DNA of 64,000 bases from Eledone cirrhosa (lineage: Eukaryota): NCBI GenBank assembly GCA_964016885.1, contig OZ024743.1:44516001-44580000 (forward strand), written 5' to 3'. A model generated the notes under the pieces. The model was given only the letters and a program-made list of their open reading frames with translations, made no database searches and was not told where the DNA came from. The position numbers and the translations under genes were made by a program. Of this stretch, positions 29,601 to 42,629 are shown piece by piece (within the stretch, counting starts at the first letter, position 1; each line of letters starts with the position of its first letter).

Positions 29601-31657
29601 CAATCCAACAAATCTCCAACAAATCACTACGCTCCCGACCCGCACATATAGGAGGAGACACCGAAAAATCACGCGGTACAACCCACCCTACTCAGCGGAC
29701 CTAAAGAGCAGCGTGGCCCGATCATTCTTTGGAGCACTTGATAAATGCTTCCCGAGGGACCATAGATACCACAGGATCTTCAACAGACACACTGTGAAGC
29801 TCTCGTATTCCACCACGAGAAATCTAGCCCAACACATAGCTAGCATCAACAGGAGTAGGCTTAAAAACCACACACAACCAGAAGATGCCAATACAAGCAT
29901 TCAGCAGAACCATGTGAAAGGAGGGAAGGGGGAACCCGGAGCCCACCCAAGAAACCCAAACAGACCCGGGGCCCCCACCGTGCCTGGGGGAAGACCAACA
30001 TATAACACATAACGGGAATCCTAATCTAGGCACGGAGAGGTCGACCAACCTCTGCAACTACAGAAACCCAAATAATGCCCCCTTGGTAATGAATGCCTCA
30101 AGAAGAACTTAGTATACGGTTGTAGGGTTAAAACCCCCAACTCCGAACACCTCTACATAGGAGCCACATCAACGAGCTTTAAAGACCGCTGGTACAACCA
30201 TCGCCATTCATTCAATAAGGAGGCCAAAAGGAAAAGCACGGCTCTCTCCGACCTGATCTGGAAGCTTAAGCTGGACAGGACCCCGTACTCTCTGACCTGG
30301 TACATAATCAGGAAAGTACCACCCGATAAAGGGGGATGTTGCATATGCAAACTATGCCTGAACGAGACACTCGAGATAATAAGAGGTGGAAACGGCCTGA
30401 GAAACCTCAGAACCGACTTCTTCGGGACATGCAGACACCTTAGAGCCGGGACCTTCCACAAGATATATGGACAGTAGCAACACAAGAAGATGTGAAGTCC
30501 CCTCAAGCTATAGGGACTTCTACAGAACATGTAAATACCTCTCGGCCAGACCTCCCTCAAGCTATATGGGCAGTAACAACACCCTAGATTGTGAACTCCC
30601 CTTAAGCCATAGGGATCAACCCAGGCTGAGCAGACACCATGATAGCCTAGAGATTGAATCGGACACAGCCATTATAATTTGGCCAACATCTATATAACAC
30701 AAACACATTTTAATTTACTTGATTTCTGATTTTCAAGTTCCAATTTTAAATCTTGATTTCTCTTTAATTTGTTATTTGTTTTCTGCCCTCTTCACTGTAT
30801 CACCTTATATTTATTTTTAAGTTGAGATTGATTATAACACAAACACATTTTGTTTGATTATCTTATTTTAACATCTTGTTCCTCATACCATTCTATCCAA
30901 CATATTTCTGACCTTGAGATTGGTTATAGCACACACACACACTTTATCCTACTTTATTTGAACCTTCATTTTATTTTTCACTTCTCCATATTCATTTTCA
31001 TTACTTTTTCACCAATTTTTCATTTATTCTTTATTCTTTATTCTCTATTTATTATTTATTTTCTGTTTTCTTCATGTATTGCCTTATATTTCTTCATATA
31101 CATGGAATAAGCCCCCTCCTCCCACCACCACCACCACTATGAGAGATGGTGGCAGGATGGATGGAGAAAAAACACACACAGATACTTCTAAATTGTCAGC
31201 AGCAGCAAGACATAAGCTGACCACAACACCAACAACACTACTGAAATAATGGTAGAGGTCAAATGTAGTTAACAATAGCAAACACAAACACTACAGGGAG
31301 CCTCACCCCAGAAAGTATTCTATAGACTTCTGACTGAGGAATGCTCTCAAAACTGACCAATGGGAAGTTTGACACTTTTTTTTGTTATTTTGTTCCTTTA
31401 CCACCTTGTTCCTTCTACCACTTTATCAATTTTTTAAGCTAACTCGAACAATAACAACACTTAGAATGAGGAATGTTCTAACAACTGACCAATGAGAGGA
31501 GAAGTGGCCCTTTGACACTGAAATTCGTTTGTTTAAATTCATATGATTCCAGTTCCTCAGAGAAATAACAACCTAACCAGGAACAGGACATATCAGAGTA
31601 TTGACAAAATTATACACCTCAACAACATATGTACTTGTCTATACTACACTAATCCGG

Positions 31658-31712
31658 ACTGCCTGAAAAGGTCACAGCCAAAGATGGCTGTCACTGAAAT
31701 ATATATAGCAGT
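31658..31712 (+). ncRNA. Type I hammerhead ribozyme, G8>A mutant copy
   Basis: Same as 26603-26657 except that the core reads CUGAAAA. Confidence 0.75.
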
Positions 31713-31757
31713 AATAAACGAAGCTAAATTTTAAACATTTGACTTTTTATTTAACTT

Positions 31758-31817
<60 letters not shown>

Positions 31818-31974
31818 GTGTGTGTGGGGGGGGGGGGGGGTAATCTGAGTTTTTCGAATATCAATAATAACATTCGATTCGTTTGCAATCATGCAAACAA
31901 GCTAGCGAAAATATATGCTATTTTCAAAAATACACAGTGATACAAAGTCGACCTTAACTAGTAGCAATAACATT

Positions 31975-32352
31975 AAGAAAGACACGAATGACACCACAAA
32001 ACTTTGTTTTGAAAACTTTGAAAGTATGAATTTTCATAAGATGCTTTTAGTTGTCTCTGTGGCCTAGCGGTAGGTACAAGAGACGCTGGAGATCCTGATC
32101 TTGAGTTCAATCCTAGCCAAGGGGTACATGTAACCTTTTTCAGTTTTTATTTTATAGCCAATAGAAAAACTGAAAAGGTTTACCGGAAACCCTTCTCCCG
32201 ACCAGGAACCAACTTGAGACCAGGATCACCACTGTCAATGATTCCATCAACTAGGCCCCCGAGACAGCTACAAAAGTATAATGATAATTGATAATTATAA
32301 ACCTACTTTCAAAATCAAAGTTTAAAAGATATGGTGTCGTGCAATGTCTTTC
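31975..32352. repeat. Diverged palindrome with a tRNA-like unit in each arm
   Basis: Left arm has A box TGGCCTAGCGG, B box GAGTTCAATCC, then CTTTTTCAGTTTTT. The right arm is a diverged reverse complement (AAAAACTGAAAAGG ... CTAGGCC..GAGACA ... TGGTGTC). Confidence 0.65.
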
Positions 32353-32613
32353 CTAGAGCTATTAGTAATATTTAGGATCAAAATCTGGTCTTTGTTGAAA
32401 GTCTCTTGATTTCACAAAATAAATAATATTTTTTATTGGAGAAGATAAGATATTTCTCCGCAAAAATTTGATTGCACTGTTTTGTTTCCACTTGTGTAGT
32501 TTTCGAAAATTAAATGATAACATCCTATATGTAGGTGGGGCCCCATCATCTCCTGGCAACCAATATTTTTAGAGCCAGTCCGCCACTGTATATATATATA
32601 TACATATGTAAAT

Positions 32614-32646
<33 letters not shown>

Positions 32647-32730
32647 TCTTGTGTGTGGGTTCAATCTGGGGTAACCACATTAAGTAAGGTACTTAATACA
32701 TAGCAGAGTATAGATAGTTAATATATAAAT

Positions 32731-32782
32731 GGCTTCTACAGGACTATAACTGTTTCATTCGAAGGAAATCATCACGAAAGCC
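32731..32782 (-). ncRNA. Degenerate type I hammerhead ribozyme in a short fold-back
   Basis: GGCUUU C(G)UGAUGA U[UUC CUUC GAA]U GAAA CAG..CUG UA GAAGCC. A partial inverted copy lies at 32802-32844. Confidence 0.65.
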
Positions 32783-32841
32783 CTTCATCAAGGCATACCT
32801 CATGATTTCCTTCGAATGAAACAGTTCTAGTCCTGTAGAAT

Positions 32842-32898
<57 letters not shown>

Positions 32899-33870
32899 GT
32901 GTGTGTGTGTGTGTGTGTAGTGCTGTTTGCATACTATTTTAAAGATCGCTTAAAGTTGCAAGGCAGTGAATAAAGAAATCCCTATTTGATTATACAGACT
33001 GGAAAGCAAGAAGAATCTAGTGGCAAACAAGAAGACATATTAGAATTAATGCAAAAATAAAATAGACACACAAACAAGGACAAGAGAAAACATACGCTTG
33101 TGTCTACAAGTGAATGATATCGTAGAAATGAGCCAAACCAAATTTTGCGAGTATATTCTGACAAATACAAGCGTCAAAATAGTAGCAAATTACACACATA
33201 CATGAACACTAGCATAACACACACCCATTCACACACATGTACACATACATATATATAAGTGTGTGTATGTAAGTGTGTGTGTGTATATATATATATATTG
33301 ATAAGCTATATATATATATATATATATATATATAGATTTATGTATGCGAAATATAAACGGGAAACCACACAGTATACGATACAGTACAGAGCTGATATAT
33401 ATATATCAAGATGGGTAATGGCGACAAGGAAGGTCTTGACCAAACAAAATATAATATTTTCACCAAAAACTGCCCTTTAAACACATGTCAGATGGATTAC
33501 AATATTCATTATTACAATTACTTTGACTGTCCCCTGACAACTAGTACCAGTTTCAAGATAGAATTATCTTAACGAAGTATATATAATTTGACTTGATTTT
33601 CGCCAACAAACCACGTGTGGACATGGACGGGGAAAAAGGAAAAAAACAAAACAAATCACCACATCCCTTAAGGATCGCAGTAAGTACTCCACAAAACATA
33701 TAAACAACAATATACACACATATTTATATACAGATATATACCATATGCATATACACACACATGAAAAGAAACCACACTATTTCGTGTGAGACACTATACC
33801 GGCCAATTTTACCAATTTACATTGGTAAAATATTTCTTAACATTGACTTCGCTTCTAACCCACATACACC

Positions 33871-33961
<91 letters not shown>

Positions 33962-34244
33962 CAGCTGAAAGTTAATAATTTGAAAAGAATATTATTGAAA
34001 GTTTATTATAAAGAAGCAGTATCAGGAAAAAAAAAACGTTATTTCGCTGTTAATAAACAACTGCCTTCTACAGTACGTTTCATTTAACTTACGCAGCATA
34101 TTTATTTGTTTACATGCACAGACTTCTACACACACACAACACTTAGGAAAACGGAAACAAAATACACAAAAAAACAGACATTTTATTTCTATCGTAATCA
34201 AGTGCGCTAAACCTATATTGTTTACATTCTGTGTTTTTCTACGG

Positions 34245-35459
34245 ATGGCTAGAAATAACAAAATTGCCATGGTGATATCCATCGATGAAATATGCGACAA
34301 AACTGGCCGATGTTCCAAAATAGAACATTGCCCAGAAGATCACACCTGCCATATCTGTACGGAACCCGAAAACTCGTTCCGTAATCGTTGGATCGAATGT
34401 GGAACCTGTCGCATCTCTGTCTGCCTTCAATGCGCCACGGGCTTCCGGAAGATCCCAGGCCAAAATAAGAAACATCATATTGCTACGATGGATAGACTCT
34501 GGGAGATGGTCCAGCTAACAAACTAGTCCTTTCAGTGCCTGGACTGTATGCCTGCTTCTCCCATTGCTGCGGAACAACAACAACAACAAAGACCGAAGAT
34601 CGTGTCTTCTACCATTGTTCCCGAACAACAACAACAAAAACCGAGGATCGTGTCTTCCTTTACCATTGTTCCTGAACAACAGCAAAAACCAACGACCGTA
34701 GCTTCTGCTACTACCCCCGTTGAAGGACTTCATCAACAACAGCAACCCATGTCTTCCTCACCCGTTACTTTTCAACAACAACCGACGACTGTTGAAGGAG
34801 AAGAACAACAACAAAAACCGACCGTCAATACGGAGTTTGAGAAAATACGGCAAATGATTTCCGCTTTAAGTCAAGAAATAGCAGAAATAAAATCAAGCGT
34901 TCGTGTAGAACCCCACAATGAGGGATCTTACCGGAGTGCCTTGTTAAAAAATCTCCGCGTACCTCATGTTGAACCTAGACGCATTGAGAATGCCACTGAA
35001 TCTGCAAACCACGAAGTGATTGCCATTGGTGTGCCGGAAGACATAGTTGATCTTCAGGCATTTGCTGCCAGTTCATCCAAAGACCTGGGCTGTGCTCCCA
35101 CAAAGGGTGCTATACGCCTTGGCCGACCAGGCCCGAAACCCAAGTTAATTAGACTGTCGTTTTCAAACTCAACTGAGGCACGTTCATACCTTGTAGCCTC
35201 TGATAAAGCTAGGCGTGAAAGTCGGATTGCTTTCCGAACACGTCCTGGTCTTCCACCTGATGTCCGCCCAAAGTTGCGTGCTGCAGCTTCCCTAAGCCGC
35301 AGCTCGGCAGGACATGAAAGCTTCAGCCTACGAGATGATGGGCAGATATGGACGTTTGTTAAGGCTGGCGAATCATGGAAAAGAGACACCGGCTGGTCTG
35401 AAAACACTGTACCCACAACAACTGACAATAAAGAAACTGAAAAAACTCTGGGAAACTAA
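34245..35459 (+). pseudogene. CR1-like ORF1 (PHD finger, Q-rich repeats, coiled coil, RRM-like), one frameshift near 34515
   Basis: CHIC...WIECGTC....C..C, completed by FQCLDC in the next frame; RLGRPGPKPKLIRLSF; ends LGN-stop. Confidence 0.8.
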
Positions 35460-37833
35460 ATCAGAAGAGAGCCACTTATGTTTTCATTGCAGGTGACTTC
35501 AATCACCCTGAGATTGACTGGGAGACCTTTCGTTGGCCGCCAAGTGCAAATGACTTCCTTGAGCTGGTGCTGGACTCGAGTTGGTCCCAGGTGGTCACCT
35601 CCCCAACGAGAGGTGACAACACTTTGGACCTACTCTTCACCACTACTCCTGAAACGGTCATTAGTGTTACTGCTGAGGAACCTTTAGGTGACTCTGATCA
35701 TGCTATGATCATTGCCAATCTATCCCTCATGGGAAGTAACAAGAACCACAACCATCTCCAAACTGCTCAGTTTGACTGGAATAAAGCAGACTGGAACTGT
35801 TACTGCACCGAGTTGCAACGGCCAAACTGGCTTGAGTTCTACGACTCTGGAGATGTCAACACTGTACTCCAGAACATCCTGAGCTCAATATGGACAGCAT
35901 GTGCAGCATCGGTGCCACGTAAGCAGAAAAAAACATCCCAAAAGCGCAATTTGGGAGACTGCAGCAGTCCGTCTTGCCAGAAAAGAACGGCGCAATGCTC
36001 AACGTGAGTACAAACTTCACAAATCAGACATTAATAGGAAGAGGCGAAATAGATCGTCCAACCACCTCAAACAGGTGACAAAAAAGGCAGTGCTTCAATT
36101 TGAGCAGCGCATAGCAACCAGCCCTGACAGTAAGGTGTTCTGGAAGTATGTTCACTCAAAGCAGAGGCCTCACTCTCCAGTTGGTCCTCTTCGCAATCCC
36201 CACACCAGCCAGGTTACTGACGACCCCAAGGAATGCGCAGAGCTCATTGCTGATTGCTATACAGGCATTTTCACTATTGAAGACCAGAGTGTGCCATCTC
36301 CACCACCTATGACACCGGACTCTATTACAACTATGGAATTTACACCTGCAATGCTGCGACGTCACCTAAAAAATAAACGCAACCATGCCTCTCCTGGTAT
36401 TGATGGTGTTACGTACCTGCTTCTTAAACGTGGTGGGTACTTCCTTCTACACCAGTTATCACGCTTCTTCCAATTCTGAACAACAGTGCTACTCCAGAAC
36501 AGTGGAAAACTGCCAGTGTCATTCCTCTGTTCAAAAAGGGTGACCGCACATCACCTGTGAACTATCGTCCAGTCAGTCTTACTAGTTGCATCGCCAAACT
36601 GATGGAATCCTGTGTCAGGGAAACACTTTGGAACTTCTGGAGCTCTCAGTCTTATCCGGCCCTCGCAATTTGGATTTATCCCCAACTCCAGCTGCTGTGA
36701 TCAACTTATAGAGTTTCTTGAGGACATCACCCGGATCACTGATGGCGGCTCATGGGTGGATGTTGTTTACCTTGACTTTGCGAAGGCCTTGAATTCTGTG
36801 CCACACAAAAGGCTTATGGCAAAACTCTCTGCAATGGGTGTGAAGGATGATCTTTTTAACTGGTTGAAGTCCTTCATTCTCAGTCGAATAGAGGTAGTTA
36901 CGGTTCTGGGACAGCATTCCTCACCATATGAGATGTCATCTGGTGTACCACAGGGACCTGTTCTTGGCCCCCTTTTGTTTGTGGCATATATTGATGACAT
37001 AGATGCCAACTTAAGGAATGCCACAGTACTAAAGTACGCAGACGACATCAAGCTGTACCTTGAGATAAAAAGGACAGATCCTGAACACTATAGATCTTGC
37101 TTGCGGTCTGACCTGGACACAATGCAACAATGGATCTCAGACTGGCAAATCAAGCTAGCTGTGGACAAGTGCACCACCATGGATTTTGGGAGTAAAAACC
37201 CAGCGTCCACATACTCCCTCCACAGCACTAATATCAAGAAGTCTTCCTGTGAACGTGACCTGAGCATTACGGTCAGCAGCGATTTGCGTTGGACGAGGTA
37301 CGTCTCTAAATTTGTCAAGAGGGCCGAGGGTGTCTTAGCATCACTCAGCAAGACCTTTGTCAGCCGCTCTCCAGATATCTATTTAAGGCTGTATACAGCT
37401 ATGGTGCGACCACACTTAGAATTTTCATCACCAGTCTGGAACCCCTATCTTGCTCAGGACATTGACCGCCTGGAAACTGTTCAGAGACGTGCAACCAAGC
37501 GAATACCCTCCATCAGGCATCTACCATACTCTGAGCGCCTTGCTTCCCTGGGCATGGATTCATTGAAGCTCCGACTTGGTAAACACCCACAAAATTGTTA
37601 ACCATGTTGCCAACAACAACCCTGAGTACCTTTTTGATTTCCATGTGTCTAACACACGTGGACATGTCCACAAAGTAAGAAAAGAGCACAGTTCCCATGA
37701 CTTTCGGAATCATTTTTTCACGCTCAGAGTTGCTGAAGCATGGAACAAACTACCTGCATCAGTTGTTAGCAGTCGAGACACTGCATCCTTTAAGGCCTCC
37801 ATGCTTCCCGAGATCCACCAACACTACAGCTAA
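35460..37833 (+). pseudogene. CR1-like ORF2 (partial APE endonuclease plus RT), several frameshifts
   Basis: ORF pieces 35567-36007, 35901-36479, 36612-37601 and 37576-37833. Confidence 0.9.
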
Positions 37834-38012
37834 CACATACACACATGTACTTCCCTGACATTTGTGTATTATTATGTGTACTATATTGACGAGTTGTGGT
37901 GCACCTGAGCACTTTACACAATAATTTCATTATTATTATTATTCATATATTAGTTTAACTCTGGATGTTGCAGGAAAAGGGCCTTAATGTCTGTTTTATA
38001 TATATAAATAAA

Positions 38013-38057
<45 letters not shown>

Positions 38058-38079
38058 CCAGCCTCCTGTCATTTCATTG

Positions 38080-38139
<60 letters not shown>

Positions 38140-38533
38140 ATACATATACATATAAAAACAAATAACGAAACGAAATTAAATTTCGTTTCGTTTGTAACTC
38201 ACTTTTGTATGACTGACGCTTAAACAATTAAGTCAAAAATGTACATCCACATATGTATACTGAAATACTAGTATGCATATGAATACACACACGTATACAT
38301 ATGTAGATGTACCGAGTTTTTCACTGGTCACTTTACCGTGAGTGTCCAGCTATTCTGTATGTAAACACACAGACAAACCGGTTTTTAGAGTCATACTGGT
38401 TTTTGAGGAAACACCTTTCCTCTATTCTGCAGAAAGCCAAATGCAAATTTGTCTGCCCACTACTAATTTTCATAGAAAAAGCATATAACGATATGTGCTT
38501 TTACGATTCTCTAGAAAGGCCGGAAGATAGGTA

Positions 38534-38578
38534 AATGTTGCTGATGAGTTGTAACAACAACGAAACTAGTTCAATATT
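38534..38578 (+). ncRNA. Minimal type I hammerhead ribozyme, copy 1
   Basis: AAUGUUG CUGAUGA GUUGU AACA ACAAC GAA A[CUAG]U U CAAUAUU. Complete core; predicted cleavage after U38571. Confidence 0.92.
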
Positions 38579-38999
38579 CCTTGTCTGGCTTTCTGGAGAA
38601 TAGAGGAAAGGTGTTTCCTCAAAAACCAGTATGACTCTAAAAACCGGTTTGTCTGTGTGTTTACATACAGAATAGCTGGACACTCACGGTAAAGTGACCA
38701 GTGAAAAGCTCGGTACATCTACATATGTATACGTGTGTGTATTCATATGCATACTAGTATTTCAGTATACATATGTGGATGTACATTTTTGACTTAATTG
38801 TTTAAGCGTCAGTCATACAAAAGTGAGTTACAAACGAAACTAAATTTAATTTCGTTTCGTTATTTGTTTTTATCGTCTCCGTTGAACCGGTACGTACTCA
38901 CGCTCTATGCAAATTAGTATGCCCACTACTAATTTTCATAGAAAAAGCATATAACGATATGTGCTTTTACGATTCTCTAGAAAGGCCGGAAGATAGGTA

Positions 39000-39044
39000 A
39001 ATGTTGCTGATGAGTTGTAACAACAACGAAACTAGTTCAATATT
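39000..39044 (+). ncRNA. Minimal type I hammerhead ribozyme, copy 2
   Basis: Identical to copy 1 and 466 nt downstream; predicted cleavage after U39037. Confidence 0.92.
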
Positions 39045-39273
39045 CCTTGTCTCGCTTTCTGGAGAATAGAGGAAAGGTGTTTCCTCAAAAACCAGTATGA
39101 CTCTAAAAACCGGTTTGTCTGTGTGTTTACATACAGAATAGCTGGACACTCACGGTAAAGTGACCATTGAAAAACTCGGTACATCTATATATGTATACGT
39201 GTGTGTATTCATATGCATACTAGTATTTCAGTATACATATGTGGTTGTACATTTTTGACTTAATTGCATATAC

Positions 39274-39523
<250 letters not shown>

Positions 39524-39525
39524 TA

Positions 39526-40190
39526 TAATGAAATGACAGGAGGCTGGATTTGTGTAAATCCTTGAAAGGTTTATTATACTATGATCATTTCAACGACCGG
39601 GTTCCGTATGAATCCGATGATATCATCAGGTATTCGAAATATAATACGTGAATGTAATAGATAAAATCCATGGGGCTGAAAATCGAGGACCCGAGGGCGA
39701 CCGCTATGTTGTTCCTTCAACCTCACCCGGACGCCCTCGAGTGACGTGGCTAAAGTTTATAGTATGCTACTACCGGTCAGATAAACGAAAACAGAAAGAG
39801 ATGGGAACATAAGTTAGCGTCAATCTCATGACACAAGGTAAAAGAAAGGAAGGAAGGAAGGAGAGCGAAGAAGGGGGAAGAAAGAATGAGAGAAGCCAGG
39901 GTTAATGTCAGCTAAAGGAAGAAAGCCAACTACTACCGGTCAGATATAGGCAAGCAAGAGGGGGAAGTAAGATAAGTCTGCGGGAGGAAGACAGGAAGAG
40001 GGGAGAAGAGAAGGAAGAGAGACGTAGAAAAGTAAGGGTTGATGGCTACAAGAAGGAAGATAGAAAGAAAGAGGAAGAAAGGTCGATATTAATGTCAGAC
40101 CACCGTCAGGCCTGGAGTGGAGCGAGAACATTTTCACAGGGACCCGGATCTTAGCAGAGGTGATATATTGGGAGTCAGTGTGTTGCAATG
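39526..40190 (-). mobile_element. PLE-type 3' UTR remnant
   Basis: Ends in AATCCAGCCTCCTGTCATTTCATT before (TA)n, a terminus that also occurs alone at 38055-38080. Carries an HHR. The distal boundary is approximate. Confidence 0.55.
39576..39633 (-). ncRNA. Type I hammerhead ribozyme
   Basis: AUAC CUGAUGA U[AUCAUCGGAUUC AUACG GAACCCGGUCGU]U GAA AU[GAUC]AU A GUAU. Confidence 0.8.
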
Positions 40191-40464
40191 TTTAGACTTA
40201 TAGGATGAAGTTCAAAAATTAATAATCAATATTCAATATTAAAAAGGTTAGAAAATTTAAAGTTCAACGGTTTAACATTTTCAGGTTGATATATCTAATA
40301 GTTCCGATTTGTTCTGTAATTTAAAGCTACTATGTGGCGGTTCAAACACCGGCCGCGCCCCGGGCCCCACGGCGAATTAAGCTACGCCGAGTATTTTCAT
40401 TTCCTTTTATCCACTCTAACTGGTGCGTAATGGTCCAACTGGTCCCTTACCACACGTTCTTCGT

Positions 40465-40517
<53 letters not shown>

Positions 40518-40573
40518 TATATATATATAAGGAAGAACGTGTGGTAAGCGACCACGTAGACCATAACGCACCA

Positions 40574-40756
<183 letters not shown>

Positions 40757-40837
40757 TATACATATATGTATATACATATATGTATATGTATATATATATA
40801 TGTATATACATATGTGTATATACATATATGTATCTAC

Positions 40838-40887
<50 letters not shown>

Positions 40888-40948
40888 ATAGAAGTTAGTT
40901 CCATAACAGTTAATAAAACATTAATATATATATTTTGTTTGTATGTAT

Positions 40949-41530
40949 GTTATGTCAGGTAACCAGTTGGTGCTACTGGTAACATGTATCCCAGTACAAC
41001 CTGTCTCATAGTCGGGACGTTGGCGACTAAACTGGCAGCCCCACCAAGGTTTCTTGGTGAGGAGGGTGACTTTGGACTTCCTGCAGGACTAAAAACAAAA
41101 CCTGTCAAAGGGCAAAGGAGCTCTTAAGAGTCAATGGCCATCCAGAATCAGCGGGAGAGATGACCCCTTAGCCTTTGTCAAGGCAGAATTCTAGGACAAG
41201 GAAAACTCTGATATAACACCTGCAACCCTGATGCTATCCAACGATGTTGACTTGTTCTTCTTTTTGGTAAATATCATTCTTGTTTAAGAGAGTAGGACTG
41301 GCTTTGTGCAATGCCTTTGCTTACTATAAAAGCTTCACGGCACAGGCACTTCTTTATATCTGGAGATCTCTCTGCACTTGTCGTCACGTGGTACCATGGG
41401 CCCAGCACTATGTGTCAATAATTGTCACAAGTGTAGTGTTTGTACCAGAGTTTTCAAATCGCTGGCGGGACTAAAATGTCTCACTTGTTCAGCGCATCAG
41501 TAGGGGTTCTCCTACATGGATATAAAGTAG
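40949..41530 (+). mobile_element. Probable RTE-type LINE 5' region with an HDV-like ribozyme remnant
   Basis: Nested pairings GTTATG/CATAGT and CCAGT/ACTGG with CTAA as J4/2. No ORF support; the family assignment is inference. Confidence 0.35.
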
Positions 41531-42583
41531 TGGATGTCCGTATGTATTTATGTATGTATGTACGTATGTATGCGTCTGATTATACAGGTATGTATGTTTC
41601 TATTTGTTAAATATTCACCTTACTAACACGCACAGAAAACAGTATATCTAAGTATTTTATTTTGAAGACAAGAAAGTCTTTTCGTTTTATTTTTACAAAG
41701 CCGTTAATAGACATTTACAATGAAAATGTAAAGTAAAATGATGGTATAAATTTCTTAGTAATGGATGTTGTAAAACTTAAAACGTTGAATACGAGGTGGG
41801 GGTGCAGCTATACATTTCAACACAATTGCCAATGAGTTAAATCGAGGCATTTTTTGATAGCTGTTAATACAATATAAGAACTATTGTATAACTAATTATG
41901 GTCAATGAATATAGGTACTTCATACGAAAATAACTCTGATCGTTCCTCATCAACTCAGTATTTTCAATGGCGTGCATTTTAGCATTGTCGTAAATAACAT
42001 TCTGTCTTTTTCAAACGTGAATGTCTCCCGTCAGTTCAATCTGCTTTTGTTTTTAAATAAATTCATAACATCAACAACAATATATTTTTTTAGTTTTGTT
42101 CTTAAAAATAGAGTGAATTTTTTAAACTAAAATTAGTTCTAAGAATCGAAGTATGTGTTAATTGAGTGAAGATTGTTATTAGCATCGAGTCTATTTCAGT
42201 TTTAATGAGTTAAAAAAACAGAAGATGGTAATTACACTACTTCGACGGAAGTAAAATCATACGGACACTTGCGCGAGTTTCGGTTTTCTCAATTATGTTT
42301 GTGTTGTTATGCGTGTGAGTTTTACAGCTTTTATAATAGGAATTTATAGCCGAATCTTCTTTTTTTGTCTTTTCTGACGACTATTTTTATTCTAAAGATG
42401 AGTGTATAACACTTCACCAACTTTTTCAAATATAAAATAAAATTCTATGTTATTCTGCTCACTCAAAATATGTCTACATATGTCTACGTAAAGTTTTCTT
42501 CTGTTTGAAAGGATAATTTTAATACATGGTAAATTTGTTATAGTCTTACTGAGTATAATATTAATTTCCAACATTAAATATGT

Positions 42584-42625
<42 letters not shown>

Positions 42626-42629
<4 letters not shown>

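Larger units (their letters stand above)
26557..31762 (+). mobile_element. Penelope-like element (Hydra-clade-like) with a 1.95-kb inverted 5' duplication
   Basis: Plus strand 28500-30480: FIQLDIASYYSSI, MGSSDSAQVTD, GGGLYRDD, SNHP, FP.DHRY..IFNRHTVKLSYS, GIY-YIG, CKLC..E and CRH. Segment 26557-28503 is an inverted copy of about 29741-31762. Confidence 0.93.
34050..37943 (+). mobile_element. CR1-group LINE, near full length, degenerate
   Basis: ORF1 with PHD finger; ORF2 APE (GDFNHPEIDW, PTRGDNTLDL, SDH) and RT (NYRPVSLT, QFGF, VDVVYLDFAKA, GVPQG.VLGPLLF, YADD, VRPHLEF); (ATT)n tail at 37929-37943. The 5' boundary is approximate. Confidence 0.92.
38152..39266 (+). mobile_element. Retrozyme-like non-coding element: about 1.8 tandem 466-bp units plus an inverted partial unit, in (TA)n
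   Basis: Units start at 38441 and 38907. Segment 38152-38439 is the reverse complement of 38586-38873. One HHR per unit and no credible ORF. Confidence 0.85.

Noticed and set aside
39693-39755. Possible pseudoknot or HDV-like fold (GAGGGCG/CGCCCTC)
   Set aside because: P3, P1.1 and P4 geometry does not fit, and it is antisense to the element's HHR strand.
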